From the NCBI GenBank assembly GCA_963693055.1, contig OY843751.1, positions 6,080,001 to 6,144,000 of the forward strand: a stretch of DNA of 64,000 nt. Reading direction: 5' to 3'. This document shows, in pieces, positions 18,218 to 26,818 of the stretch (positions within the stretch are counted from its first letter, which is position 1; every line of letters begins with the position of its first letter). The notes under the pieces were generated by a model. It had not been told where the DNA came from, ran no database searches, and saw nothing but the letters and a program-made list of their open reading frames with translations. Source of the stretch: a bacterium (lineage in GTDB: Bacteria > Zhuqueibacterota > Zhuqueibacteria > Residuimicrobiales > Krinioviventaceae). The translations under genes were made by a program, and so were the position numbers.

Positions 18218-19420
18218 ATGAAGAAAAAAACGTTTTTCCCGCTGTTATTCCTGTTATTTTTTCACAGTATCTCATTTGCAAGTATTATTCAAGGAAACTG
18301 GCGTTTTTACCAGGATGATGCCGCAGAAGGTTCTGCAACTGCCATTGCAAACGAAAACACATCTGTTACCGTTGCACCCGGTCAGGTAATACGATTAAGG
18401 GTAGAATTAAATAATAACACCGATGAATCTTATAATCCTTATACAAATGGCAACTATGACCTGAGATACAGCACTTCAAATGATCCGGGTTCAGGTACAT
18501 GGAAAACATTGAGTAGTTCTGAAGCTTTTGATTTTTATGATTCATCACACCTCACAAACAATGGTTCTGTCTCTGCTGATGTACTTACCACTACCAGTGG
18601 ATATATTCATGCTTCCGCCGGAATTATAAAAGAGGACAACCCAAAATTTTCTCTGACTCTTGATACTGATGAATCTGTTGAAAATGTTTTCAGTATTCAG
18701 GTAACTTCTAACGCCATAGATGCAACAAATTATTATTTCGCAGTGTTTTTAGCTGACACGAAACTTCAAGGAGGGTACGCAACAATTCCTTCGGTTACGT
18801 ATGATGCCTCTCTGCCGGTGAGTCTGGCTTCCTTTACCGCGCTGCAAGAGAAAAATACCGTACTGCTGAATTGGCGGACTGCCAGCGAAGTGGACCATCA
18901 GGGCTTTATTGTTGAACGTCAGGTGAACGGTTCATCCTGGATGCAGATTACATCCTATATAACAAACACCGATTTGCTTGCACGTGGTGACGTGAGCAGC
19001 GGCGCCGATTACGAATTTACAGATACCGATGTCCGTTCAGGAGATAAACTGAGTTACCGACTGCTCGATGTGGATGTAAACGGAGTAACAACCATCAATA
19101 AACCTGTTTCCATCACCATTGAAGAATCGGTTGTTCCGGAAAAAACCGCATTACTGCCGGCTTATCCAAATCCCTTTAATCCAGATACACGCTTCCAATA
19201 CCAATTAAAAGACGAAACCCATGTTGACGTGTACATCGCCGATCTGTTGGGTCGCACGGTTCGCACACTGGTATCCAACACCCGCAAGGAAGCCGGACTA
19301 TATAATCTCCAGTGGAACGGAATTGACGACCTGGGTACCCCGCAATCCAGCGGAATATACTTAATCGTTCTGCAGACCGGTAATCAAACCCAAATCCAAA
19401 AAATAACGCTTTTGAAATAA
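18218..19420 (+). CDS. Secreted protein with LPV-Ig linker and C-terminal FlgD-Ig/sorting domain
   Basis: Signal peptide; LPVSLASFTA...WRTASE; AYPNPFNP...WNG. Confidence 0.8.
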   Translation: MKKKTFFPLLFLLFFHSISFASIIQGNWRFYQDDAAEGSATAIANENTSVTVAPGQVIRLRVELNNNTDESYNPYTNGNYDLRYSTSNDPGSGTWKTLSSSEAFDFYDSSHLTNNGSVSADVLTTTSGYIHASAGIIKEDNPKFSLTLDTDESVENVFSIQVTSNAIDATNYYFAVFLADTKLQGGYATIPSVTYDASLPVSLASFTALQEKNTVLLNWRTASEVDHQGFIVERQVNGSSWMQITSYITNTDLLARGDVSSGADYEFTDTDVRSGDKLSYRLLDVDVNGVTTINKPVSITIEESVVPEKTALLPAYPNPFNPDTRFQYQLKDETHVDVYIADLLGRTVRTLVSNTRKEAGLYNLQWNGIDDLGTPQSSGIYLIVLQTGNQTQIQKITLLK

Positions 19421-19427
19421 AAACTCT

Positions 19428-19460
19428 GGCCCGACACGGATGACGTGCCGGGCTTTTTTT
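19428..19460 (+). terminator. Rho-independent terminator
   Basis: GCCCGACACG...CGTGCCGGGC plus T7. Confidence 0.8.
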
Positions 19461-19552
19461 CTGTCCGATCTTGAATGAATCACATTCCAACCGTATTAAA
19501 AAAGCAAAGCCTTTGTAAAATTCAGAATAAATGCTAAATTCGTCTTTATTGT

Positions 19553-21127
19553 ATGGATCATAAAAAACAGGTGACGTTGAAATTGATGGGGAATTTCCAA
19601 TACAAAAATTCTTATATCTTTATCCTTTTTTCCATTTTTTCCGGTACCTTGTATGCATTGTCTTCATGGTACCCGATTTTGGGTTATTCAATCTGGCTCA
19701 CTCAAATTCCATTCTTCATTGCGGTATTACAATGCCCGGCAAAACTCTGGAAACTCGGATTGAGTTATGGAACAGCCTATGGCTTTATATTTTTCTTGTG
19801 GGTCCCGGATATTGTACAAAATATTTCCGGCAGCTCATTCCTGCTGCCAGGGTTGAGTTATGTTTTTATATCCCTGTACATAATACTGTTTCCTCTTTTA
19901 TTCACCCTTTTTGTCGGCCTTGGCCGAAAACGATTTTCTTTTAATCAGATACATTGGATATGGCTGGTTCCTGCCTTGTGGGTCATTACAGAATGGAGCA
20001 ATACAATCCTCATATCGCATTTCCCCTGGGCTCCGTTTTTCATTGGCTACCGTCAGGCCAACAACCTGTTGGCATTGCAGGTTGTATCCATTTCCGGTAT
20101 TATGGGACTTTCATTCCTTATCATACTCATTAACACGCTGTTTGCTTTTTTCTTTATCCAAAAGCATTACAAATGGCCCATTGTAGCACTGAGTATATTG
20201 ATAGTATTGCACGTTTACGGCTATCTTTCACTACAACATTTCAACACTCAAAAATCAGATCAAACGATTAAAACCGCTCTTATTGTGGAAAATGTCAACA
20301 GCAGTACCGGATGGAACGATGCTACCGGTGACTCTTTATCACAGATGCTTTTTGATCTGAACCGACAGGCTGTGCAGGATTCTCCCAAACTCGTTCTCTG
20401 GTCCGAAACCGCGCTGCCCTGGGTATTACAGCCGGATGATCAGTTTATCCCTCTGGTATTGCAAATCACCTGGCCCGCTCAATGTACCCACATCTTGGGG
20501 ATCAATACCGAGGGTAAAAAACAGTCCGGCAATGTTTACAATTCCGCGCTTTGTATACATCCTGACGGCAGGATTAGCGACATGTATCACAAACAAAACC
20601 TATTGTGGTTCATTGAACAACCTGTCAAACTATTACCCTTTGCCGCGCGCTTGCAGCAGGAACGCTATCGTTCAAGTGTTTATGATAATGTGGAAGCGGG
20701 CACACGACCCGGTGTTATGCGGACAAGTGAGGGGTTGGCAGGGGTACGTATCTGTAATGAATGGATCATCCCCGGAGCAATCCGGTCCGCGGTACAGCAG
20801 GGAGCGGAACTATTGCTCAACATGAGTAATAACGGCTATATGGAACACCCTTTTTTGCCACAGATTCAATGGATTGAAACCCGAACCCGTGCGGTTGAAA
20901 ATCGCCGCGATGTAGCCATTGCTTGTAATTATGGATTCAGCGGCCACATTGCCGCCTCAGGCAAGATCGTCCACAAACAACGTTCACGGCAGGGCGCATA
21001 TATACCGGTCAATCTAGAGATCCATACCACGCAAACCCTGTATACAAAACTCGGGGACTGGTTTCCACTGCTCTGCGCGTTTGCGTGCGTGGTGTTTGCG
21101 GGGGTGATGTATTTCAAGAAAAAATGA
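19553..21127 (+). CDS. lnt: Apolipoprotein N-acyltransferase
   Basis: Multi-TM N-terminus; nitrilase triad WSETA / YHK / ICNE; RAVENRR; YTKLGDWF. Confidence 0.85.
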   Translation: MDHKKQVTLKLMGNFQYKNSYIFILFSIFSGTLYALSSWYPILGYSIWLTQIPFFIAVLQCPAKLWKLGLSYGTAYGFIFFLWVPDIVQNISGSSFLLPGLSYVFISLYIILFPLLFTLFVGLGRKRFSFNQIHWIWLVPALWVITEWSNTILISHFPWAPFFIGYRQANNLLALQVVSISGIMGLSFLIILINTLFAFFFIQKHYKWPIVALSILIVLHVYGYLSLQHFNTQKSDQTIKTALIVENVNSSTGWNDATGDSLSQMLFDLNRQAVQDSPKLVLWSETALPWVLQPDDQFIPLVLQITWPAQCTHILGINTEGKKQSGNVYNSALCIHPDGRISDMYHKQNLLWFIEQPVKLLPFAARLQQERYRSSVYDNVEAGTRPGVMRTSEGLAGVRICNEWIIPGAIRSAVQQGAELLLNMSNNGYMEHPFLPQIQWIETRTRAVENRRDVAIACNYGFSGHIAASGKIVHKQRSRQGAYIPVNLEIHTTQTLYTKLGDWFPLLCAFACVVFAGVMYFKKK

Positions 21128-21220
21128 AACCAAAGATTATCTTGTTAGTTCCGTCAAAAAACCGGTGTTTTAGAAGGAGTAAACAAATTTCAATTTTTCA
21201 CATTTTGCTCCCCCTATTTA

Positions 21221-22444
21221 TTAATTAATATTAATACCAACCAATTCATATGTTATGTCATATGCGAGATAATAAATTTTCACAGGGCCAAAATTTGGAG
21301 CAAACCAGGTATAATATTCGCAACCTCTACACTCTCTAAAATAGTTGAAAATTTTTAAACATTTTTCAAATGTGCCAATACTGTTATCAACAACTTCATA
21401 CCCGGAAAAAGCTTGAAGACGTATATGATGATACTCTATATACATTTCCCAAAAGTTGTCTACTGCAACCGGCAATCCTTCAAACTTCCAAAAAATCCAT
21501 TCTGTATTACTATTCAAAATAACCAACTGTCCCTGTCCATCATATCGTATCAAAAACACTCTTTTATCATCAATTGCGAGAAGATCAAATATGAAGGGCA
21601 TCCAGTCATTAAATTTAAAATATGTTTTCCCGTCCGAGCGAACTTGTTCGGTTATCGTGTATTCACGCGTGACAGTTTTAATACTATCCGGCGTACGAAA
21701 AGAACACTGAAATACCCATGAATTACCCACTTGAAGCGGAAAATAATTATTTACAATTTCTTTCAGTTCAACATCAACAATTTGATCCGTATCATCTGAA
21801 GCAATTTCAACGTCCTGATAAAACGGATAATACGCGTTATCTTCCACATAAAGGTGCCATTCAAGGCTTTCTTCCACATCTGACTTTTGTAGTGATTGAA
21901 TTGTGGTACGTCCCGTCGATCGGATTGTATTCGAACCATCCAGCAGCAGCATTTTTTGGGTCTTTGTAACCGAACCTGTACTTAATTGATAAAAATAAAC
22001 ACCTGCCGCCACTCCGCTGCCGTGATCATCCGAGCCGTCCCAGTGCGCCGTATTCAAGCCCGCAGCGAGTTGGCCATCGACCAAGGTTTTTACCCGCTGC
22101 CCCATAGTATTATAAACGGTAAGATTGACATATTCAGAAATCGGCAGATCAAAATGGATGATTGTAGCGGGATTAAAAGGATTGGGATAGTTTTGGTATA
22201 ACCGGTATCCATCAGGTGTGATTCCGGCTTTTATTCCGGTTATCTGATCAATAATCAATGAGTAGTCGCCGTTTTCATCGGTAAGAGTAGAATCCTTGAA
22301 TCCCAGGCTGTCCTGTAAAATATTCACCTGAATATTGGATAACGGCTGACCGTCAAGGTCTGTTATGGTACCGGAAATCTGCACACTGCTTAGCAAGGTG
22401 CTGGTAGTAAATAGTAAACAAATGATGAAAAAAAATTTTTTCAT
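21221..22444 (-). CDS. Secreted protein: carboxypeptidase-regulatory-like domain, internal FlgD-Ig domain, divergent C-terminal domain
   Basis: ISGTITD..GQPL, TDENGDY, QNYPNPFNP, YFPLQVGNSW. Confidence 0.7.
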   Translation of the reverse strand: MKKFFFIICLLFTTSTLLSSVQISGTITDLDGQPLSNIQVNILQDSLGFKDSTLTDENGDYSLIIDQITGIKAGITPDGYRLYQNYPNPFNPATIIHFDLPISEYVNLTVYNTMGQRVKTLVDGQLAAGLNTAHWDGSDDHGSGVAAGVYFYQLSTGSVTKTQKMLLLDGSNTIRSTGRTTIQSLQKSDVEESLEWHLYVEDNAYYPFYQDVEIASDDTDQIVDVELKEIVNNYFPLQVGNSWVFQCSFRTPDSIKTVTREYTITEQVRSDGKTYFKFNDWMPFIFDLLAIDDKRVFLIRYDGQGQLVILNSNTEWIFWKFEGLPVAVDNFWEMYIEYHHIRLQAFSGYEVVDNSIGTFEKCLKIFNYFRECRGCEYYTWFAPNFGPVKIYYLAYDITYELVGININ

Positions 22445-22797
22445 ATCTTACCTCTATTCCTATAAATAGTAATCACTATGTCTCAAGGTCATACATTCAA
22501 CAGTTTGGTCTTGTAAGAATAACGGAAATTATCCCAAGTAGCACAGGTTTTACTAATTCAAGAATATAATATTAAATGATAGATTAAATATAAAATTGTT
22601 TCAATAAGAATAAATATGCTTTGCACCCCATTCTGGAAACAAATCCGCCATTTTTTTGGTGCCCCATATTCAACAAAATATTACTTTATCTAATAAAGTC
22701 AATGAAAAAATTCGAAAATTTCGTATTTTGTTTACATTAACAAATTTATTTAATAACAATTTATCAGTCCGCCACTGCTCCCCTGGCAAATACCCTC

Positions 22798-23550
22798 CTA
22801 CTGCAACCCCGCAAAAGAGTAATTGGTAAAGTGCCTGACCGGGTCATTGATCTTGATGGGTTCGCGCACCAGGAACGGTTCACCGTAAATGGCGCCAATC
22901 TTGTTACCCCAGTATTGTCCCCGTGCGATAATAGATTGCAAAAACTGCGGCGAGCTGATATAGGTGGCGTCTTTCGAGTTGAAGGGCTTGTCCGGATTGT
23001 GAAACTGCGAGTTGTAGGACTGTATGGCTTTGACCTTGTCTTCAAAGCTGTCAGACACATCCACAATAAACGACGGTTCAAAATCGTACATTTCCATATA
23101 ATAGATCAGCTTGGCGGGACGGAAATGCTTTTGTCCCGTATCTATGTTTTTAAGTCCTGCCAGAAACGCGGCTTCTTTGACTAATACCGAGGTATTGCCG
23201 TGATCGGGATGGCGGGTCTCCCAATAGGGCACAAACAGAATATCGGGACGGTGCTCACGGATCTGCTCAATCACCTTGATGCGGTTCTCTTCTGTATTGA
23301 ACACGCCACCGTCGGGGATGTCCAGCATCTTGTTCACCGAGAGGCCCAGTATTTTGGCTGAATTTTCATTCTCCTGTTTGCGGATTTCGGGCGTGCCACG
23401 CGTGCCCAGCTCTGCTTTGGTGAGCGAAACCACACCGGTTTTATAGCCCATACGTTTCAGTTTAATCAGGGTACCGGCGCACATGAGCTCGATATCATCC
23501 GGATGCGCGCCAAAGGCCATTACATCTATTTTTTCATTGGGAGTATTCAT
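22798..23550 (-). CDS. bshB1: Bacillithiol biosynthesis deacetylase BshB1
   Basis: AHPDDIE, ELGTRGT, RHPDH, YGEPF; adjacent to bshC. Confidence 0.9.
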   Translation of the reverse strand: MNTPNEKIDVMAFGAHPDDIELMCAGTLIKLKRMGYKTGVVSLTKAELGTRGTPEIRKQENENSAKILGLSVNKMLDIPDGGVFNTEENRIKVIEQIREHRPDILFVPYWETRHPDHGNTSVLVKEAAFLAGLKNIDTGQKHFRPAKLIYYMEMYDFEPSFIVDVSDSFEDKVKAIQSYNSQFHNPDKPFNSKDATYISSPQFLQSIIARGQYWGNKIGAIYGEPFLVREPIKINDPVRHFTNYSFAGLQ

Positions 23551-23552
23551 TT

Positions 23553-25160
23553 TTATAATTCTATTCCTTTATGTTCAAATTTGGCAATTTCTATTTCATC
23601 ATATATACGTCTAAGCAGCGGTGTGTCATATTTCACCAGAAACGGCAATATGTTAATTTTGCGCTCCTGTAGTCCGCCCTCCGGCATCAGATGGTTCACA
23701 ATCGATTCCAGTTGATTGCGTGTCACCTGCTCGCGCTGTTCAACAGCTTTGAGCACACGACTCTCCAGCGAGGCAATCTGTTTTTCCATGTTACCGCCGG
23801 TCTTTTCAAAAGCCGATTGCAGGGTGGGTTCTATCTCTTTTGCTGCTGTTCCCAGGGAAGCAAGCTGCTCCCCGAGTTGGGACTGTAACGCCGCAAACTG
23901 TTCCCGAATGTCCGTTGGGATGCGGGACTGCATCACATCCTTGATAACACCTTCAGGGTCGGTAATGACCTGTTCAGCGGTCAATCCAAACGCATCCAGA
24001 TGTTTTTGAATTTTTGGCTCAATCAGGGTAAACGCTGCACGGGGATACACCACCGGCATGTTCATATCCATAGCATCGTAAATGCCCTTTAATTGCGCCC
24101 AATAGGCAATCTCACCCGGTCCGCCCACATAGGCAACTGTAGGGAAGAGGATATCCTGTGCAATGGGACGTGTAGAGACTTTGGGACTGAGCTTTTCCGG
24201 CTGCGCTACCAACTCGTCAAGGGTGTATTTCCGGTTATCACCCAGGCTGATGAATTCGTCTCCCTTACGCTGCAAACCATGCCTGCCGTTATCGAGTAAA
24301 AACAGATTGGGTCTGCCGGATTGAACGGTGATCTGGGTATGATAGCCCGCTTTTTCCAATTGATTATTGGTTTTCTGCATGGCAGGATTACAAACATCCT
24401 CTCGCAGCTCTTTTTCAAACAGGTCGGATAAAAAGGGTTTAACGCGTGAATCTGACGAGTCAAACAGTACAATACCATATTCCGCAAACAGCGACTGGTA
24501 CCAGCGCGCAAAGGCAATATGCAGAAACTCGCCAGACGTATAAGCCGATTTCAGTTTTTGCATCCAGTCTGCTTTAAACTCGGTATCGGGCAGGTCGGCA
24601 TCCAGCGTTTCCAACAATTGCAGGATATTATCATTCAGTTTAATCTGAGCAACGGGTATGCGGTCCGGCAGCGTTTCCGGTTCAAAGGTGAGCGATTTCA
24701 CTGCATTGCGTTTATCAATATAGGTTGTGCTCTTTATCTCTTCAAAATCGTGGTCTTCAGACACCAGGTAAAATACGGGTACCACCGGGCGGCCCAGCCG
24801 CTGTGTAAGGGTGTTCGCCAGTTTAATTGCGGTCAACGATTTGTGTATGGTAAACAGCGGTCCACCAAAAAGTCCCGCCTGCTGCCCGGATACCACTGCA
24901 AGGGTATCGGGTTGTCTCAGCAGTTCGATGTTTTGAAAGGTAGCGTCTGCGGCGTTAAAATTCCGGTTCTGGTCGATTAATATGTCAGCCAATTCATTGC
25001 GATGCGGACGATTAACAATCTGTAAACGATTGGCTATGTTCTTAAAGCTTGAACAGTCCTGAAAATGCCCGTTAAAAAACGGACCTGTCTTTTCAAAAGT
25101 ACTGAAATAATCCCGGGTAAGCTTTGAAAGTCCGGGTATATTTTCAAGTTTCAGCTTCAT
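23553..25160 (-). CDS. bshC: Bacillithiol biosynthesis cysteine-adding enzyme BshC
   Basis: VSGQQAGLFGGPL, SEDHDFEEI, YVGGPGEIAYWAQL, LQER. Confidence 0.95.
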   Translation of the reverse strand: MKLKLENIPGLSKLTRDYFSTFEKTGPFFNGHFQDCSSFKNIANRLQIVNRPHRNELADILIDQNRNFNAADATFQNIELLRQPDTLAVVSGQQAGLFGGPLFTIHKSLTAIKLANTLTQRLGRPVVPVFYLVSEDHDFEEIKSTTYIDKRNAVKSLTFEPETLPDRIPVAQIKLNDNILQLLETLDADLPDTEFKADWMQKLKSAYTSGEFLHIAFARWYQSLFAEYGIVLFDSSDSRVKPFLSDLFEKELREDVCNPAMQKTNNQLEKAGYHTQITVQSGRPNLFLLDNGRHGLQRKGDEFISLGDNRKYTLDELVAQPEKLSPKVSTRPIAQDILFPTVAYVGGPGEIAYWAQLKGIYDAMDMNMPVVYPRAAFTLIEPKIQKHLDAFGLTAEQVITDPEGVIKDVMQSRIPTDIREQFAALQSQLGEQLASLGTAAKEIEPTLQSAFEKTGGNMEKQIASLESRVLKAVEQREQVTRNQLESIVNHLMPEGGLQERKINILPFLVKYDTPLLRRIYDEIEIAKFEHKGIEL

Positions 25161-25888
25161 CTCTTTTCTCCGATCATGATCAATCGCGGAGAGTTGCGGG
25201 TAAAGGGATTCTGTTCATAATCTCCATATATCGCTGTACATTCCAGCCCCGAGCGTTCAAAAAACTGCAGCAACTCAATCAACCGGTAGGCACGAACGGA
25301 TTCATAGTATTCACGAACATCCCCATTGTCTTTTACCGTTATCTTTTTTTCAAACCGGTTTGTATGTTCATTAAAGCTCCGCTCCTGGATGATGGTCATA
25401 TTGTTGCGGACCTGGGTATCACTGGTAATATTTGGCAATGCCTGCATCATATTGAGATAATCGAACAAAAACACGCCACCCGGCTTTAACGCCCGGGCAA
25501 TACCACGGATAACCTGCTCGTTTTCTGCATCATTGTCAAAATAACCAAAACTGGTAAACAGGCTGAGAATAATATCAAACGCATTCTCAAAAGGGATGTC
25601 CCGCATGTCTCCCCTCACCAGGGGAAAACTGCGATCGTTTTCCTTGTTCTTGTCCAGCGCCAGAGAGAGAAGTTCGGTAGATAAATCCAGACCTACTACA
25701 TCCAGTCCCTGCTGCGCGCATACAGCACTGTTGCGTCCATAACCACAGGCAAGGTCCAGCACTCGCTGACCCGGCTGCATATCCAGCGCTTTCATTGCAA
25801 AATTAACAATTTTTTTGGCCTCATTCTCATTCCGATGTGGATAGATGGTCAAATAATCGTGGCCAAAGCTTTTTTTGTACCAACTCAT
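25157..25888 (-). CDS. Class I SAM-dependent methyltransferase (candidate bacillithiol N-methyltransferase)
   Basis: VLDLACGYGR, GDMR, FTSFGYF; ATGA overlap with bshC. Confidence 0.85.
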   Translation of the reverse strand: MSWYKKSFGHDYLTIYPHRNENEAKKIVNFAMKALDMQPGQRVLDLACGYGRNSAVCAQQGLDVVGLDLSTELLSLALDKNKENDRSFPLVRGDMRDIPFENAFDIILSLFTSFGYFDNDAENEQVIRGIARALKPGGVFLFDYLNMMQALPNITSDTQVRNNMTIIQERSFNEHTNRFEKKITVKDNGDVREYYESVRAYRLIELLQFFERSGLECTAIYGDYEQNPFTRNSPRLIMIGEKR

Positions 25889-26059
25889 ATAAAGTATCAG
25901 ACTGTTTAAGGTGTTTAATTTCAATTTCTTATAATCTAAAAATAATTATCAATTTTTAAAAGGTTAATTTTATGTTAACAGACACCTGTAACAGAAGAAA
26001 GGGTTGTAACATTTCATAAAAAATTTGTAAATTATAGGCTTTAGAAAGGAGTTGTAATT

Positions 26060-26740
26060 TTGAGCCATATTGAATTGGTATTATTTGATCTTGACGGCAC
26101 CTTGTGTGACACCGCACCCGATGTCCATGATAGTGTCAATATGGCCCTTGAAAAAATGGATCTTCCACCGGTCTCACTCGACCAGACAATGAAGGCCATA
26201 GGGCCCGGCCCGGGCATCTTTTCCCGCATTATATTGGGAGAAAAGAATCTGGACCGTTATGATGAATATATTCATATTTTTCGTCCCATTTATCATGACC
26301 GCTGCTTGACCAAAACCCGTTTATTCGACGGGATTGACGATCTGATTGACGGTCTTCACGATCGCAGTATCAAAGTGGGTATGGTAACCAATAAACCCTT
26401 ACCCGGTACAACAATCATTTTAAAAGGACTGGACCGGTTTGACCGGTTCGATACCATTATCTGCGCGGATATGGTAGAACACCCCAAGCCTGATCCGGAT
26501 ATGGTCTACAAAGCATGTCAAAAAATAGGTGTGCTGCCCGAACAGACCATGCTAATCGGAGACACAGACAATGACATTCTCTCGGCCAACAACGCCGGGG
26601 CTTATAGTTGCCTGGCCGGCTGGGGATATTCAAGCGAAAAGGACAATCTGGAAATGATCAGCGATTTCAGGGTTGAACACCCCATGCAAGTACTGGATAT
26701 TGTAGACCGGTCAGACATACCTATTAAAAAATGTATTTAA
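26060..26740 (+). CDS. HAD-superfamily hydrolase (phosphoglycolate phosphatase-like)
   Basis: FDLDGTL, VTNK, KPDP, IGDT..D. Confidence 0.88.
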   Translation: MSHIELVLFDLDGTLCDTAPDVHDSVNMALEKMDLPPVSLDQTMKAIGPGPGIFSRIILGEKNLDRYDEYIHIFRPIYHDRCLTKTRLFDGIDDLIDGLHDRSIKVGMVTNKPLPGTTIILKGLDRFDRFDTIICADMVEHPKPDPDMVYKACQKIGVLPEQTMLIGDTDNDILSANNAGAYSCLAGWGYSSEKDNLEMISDFRVEHPMQVLDIVDRSDIPIKKCI

Positions 26741-26818
26741 TGAAATAACTATTTGTAAATTTTTTTATAAAGTATATATTACTTTTAACCGGTAGAACAT
26801 AATTTTTTTAGGACTTTT

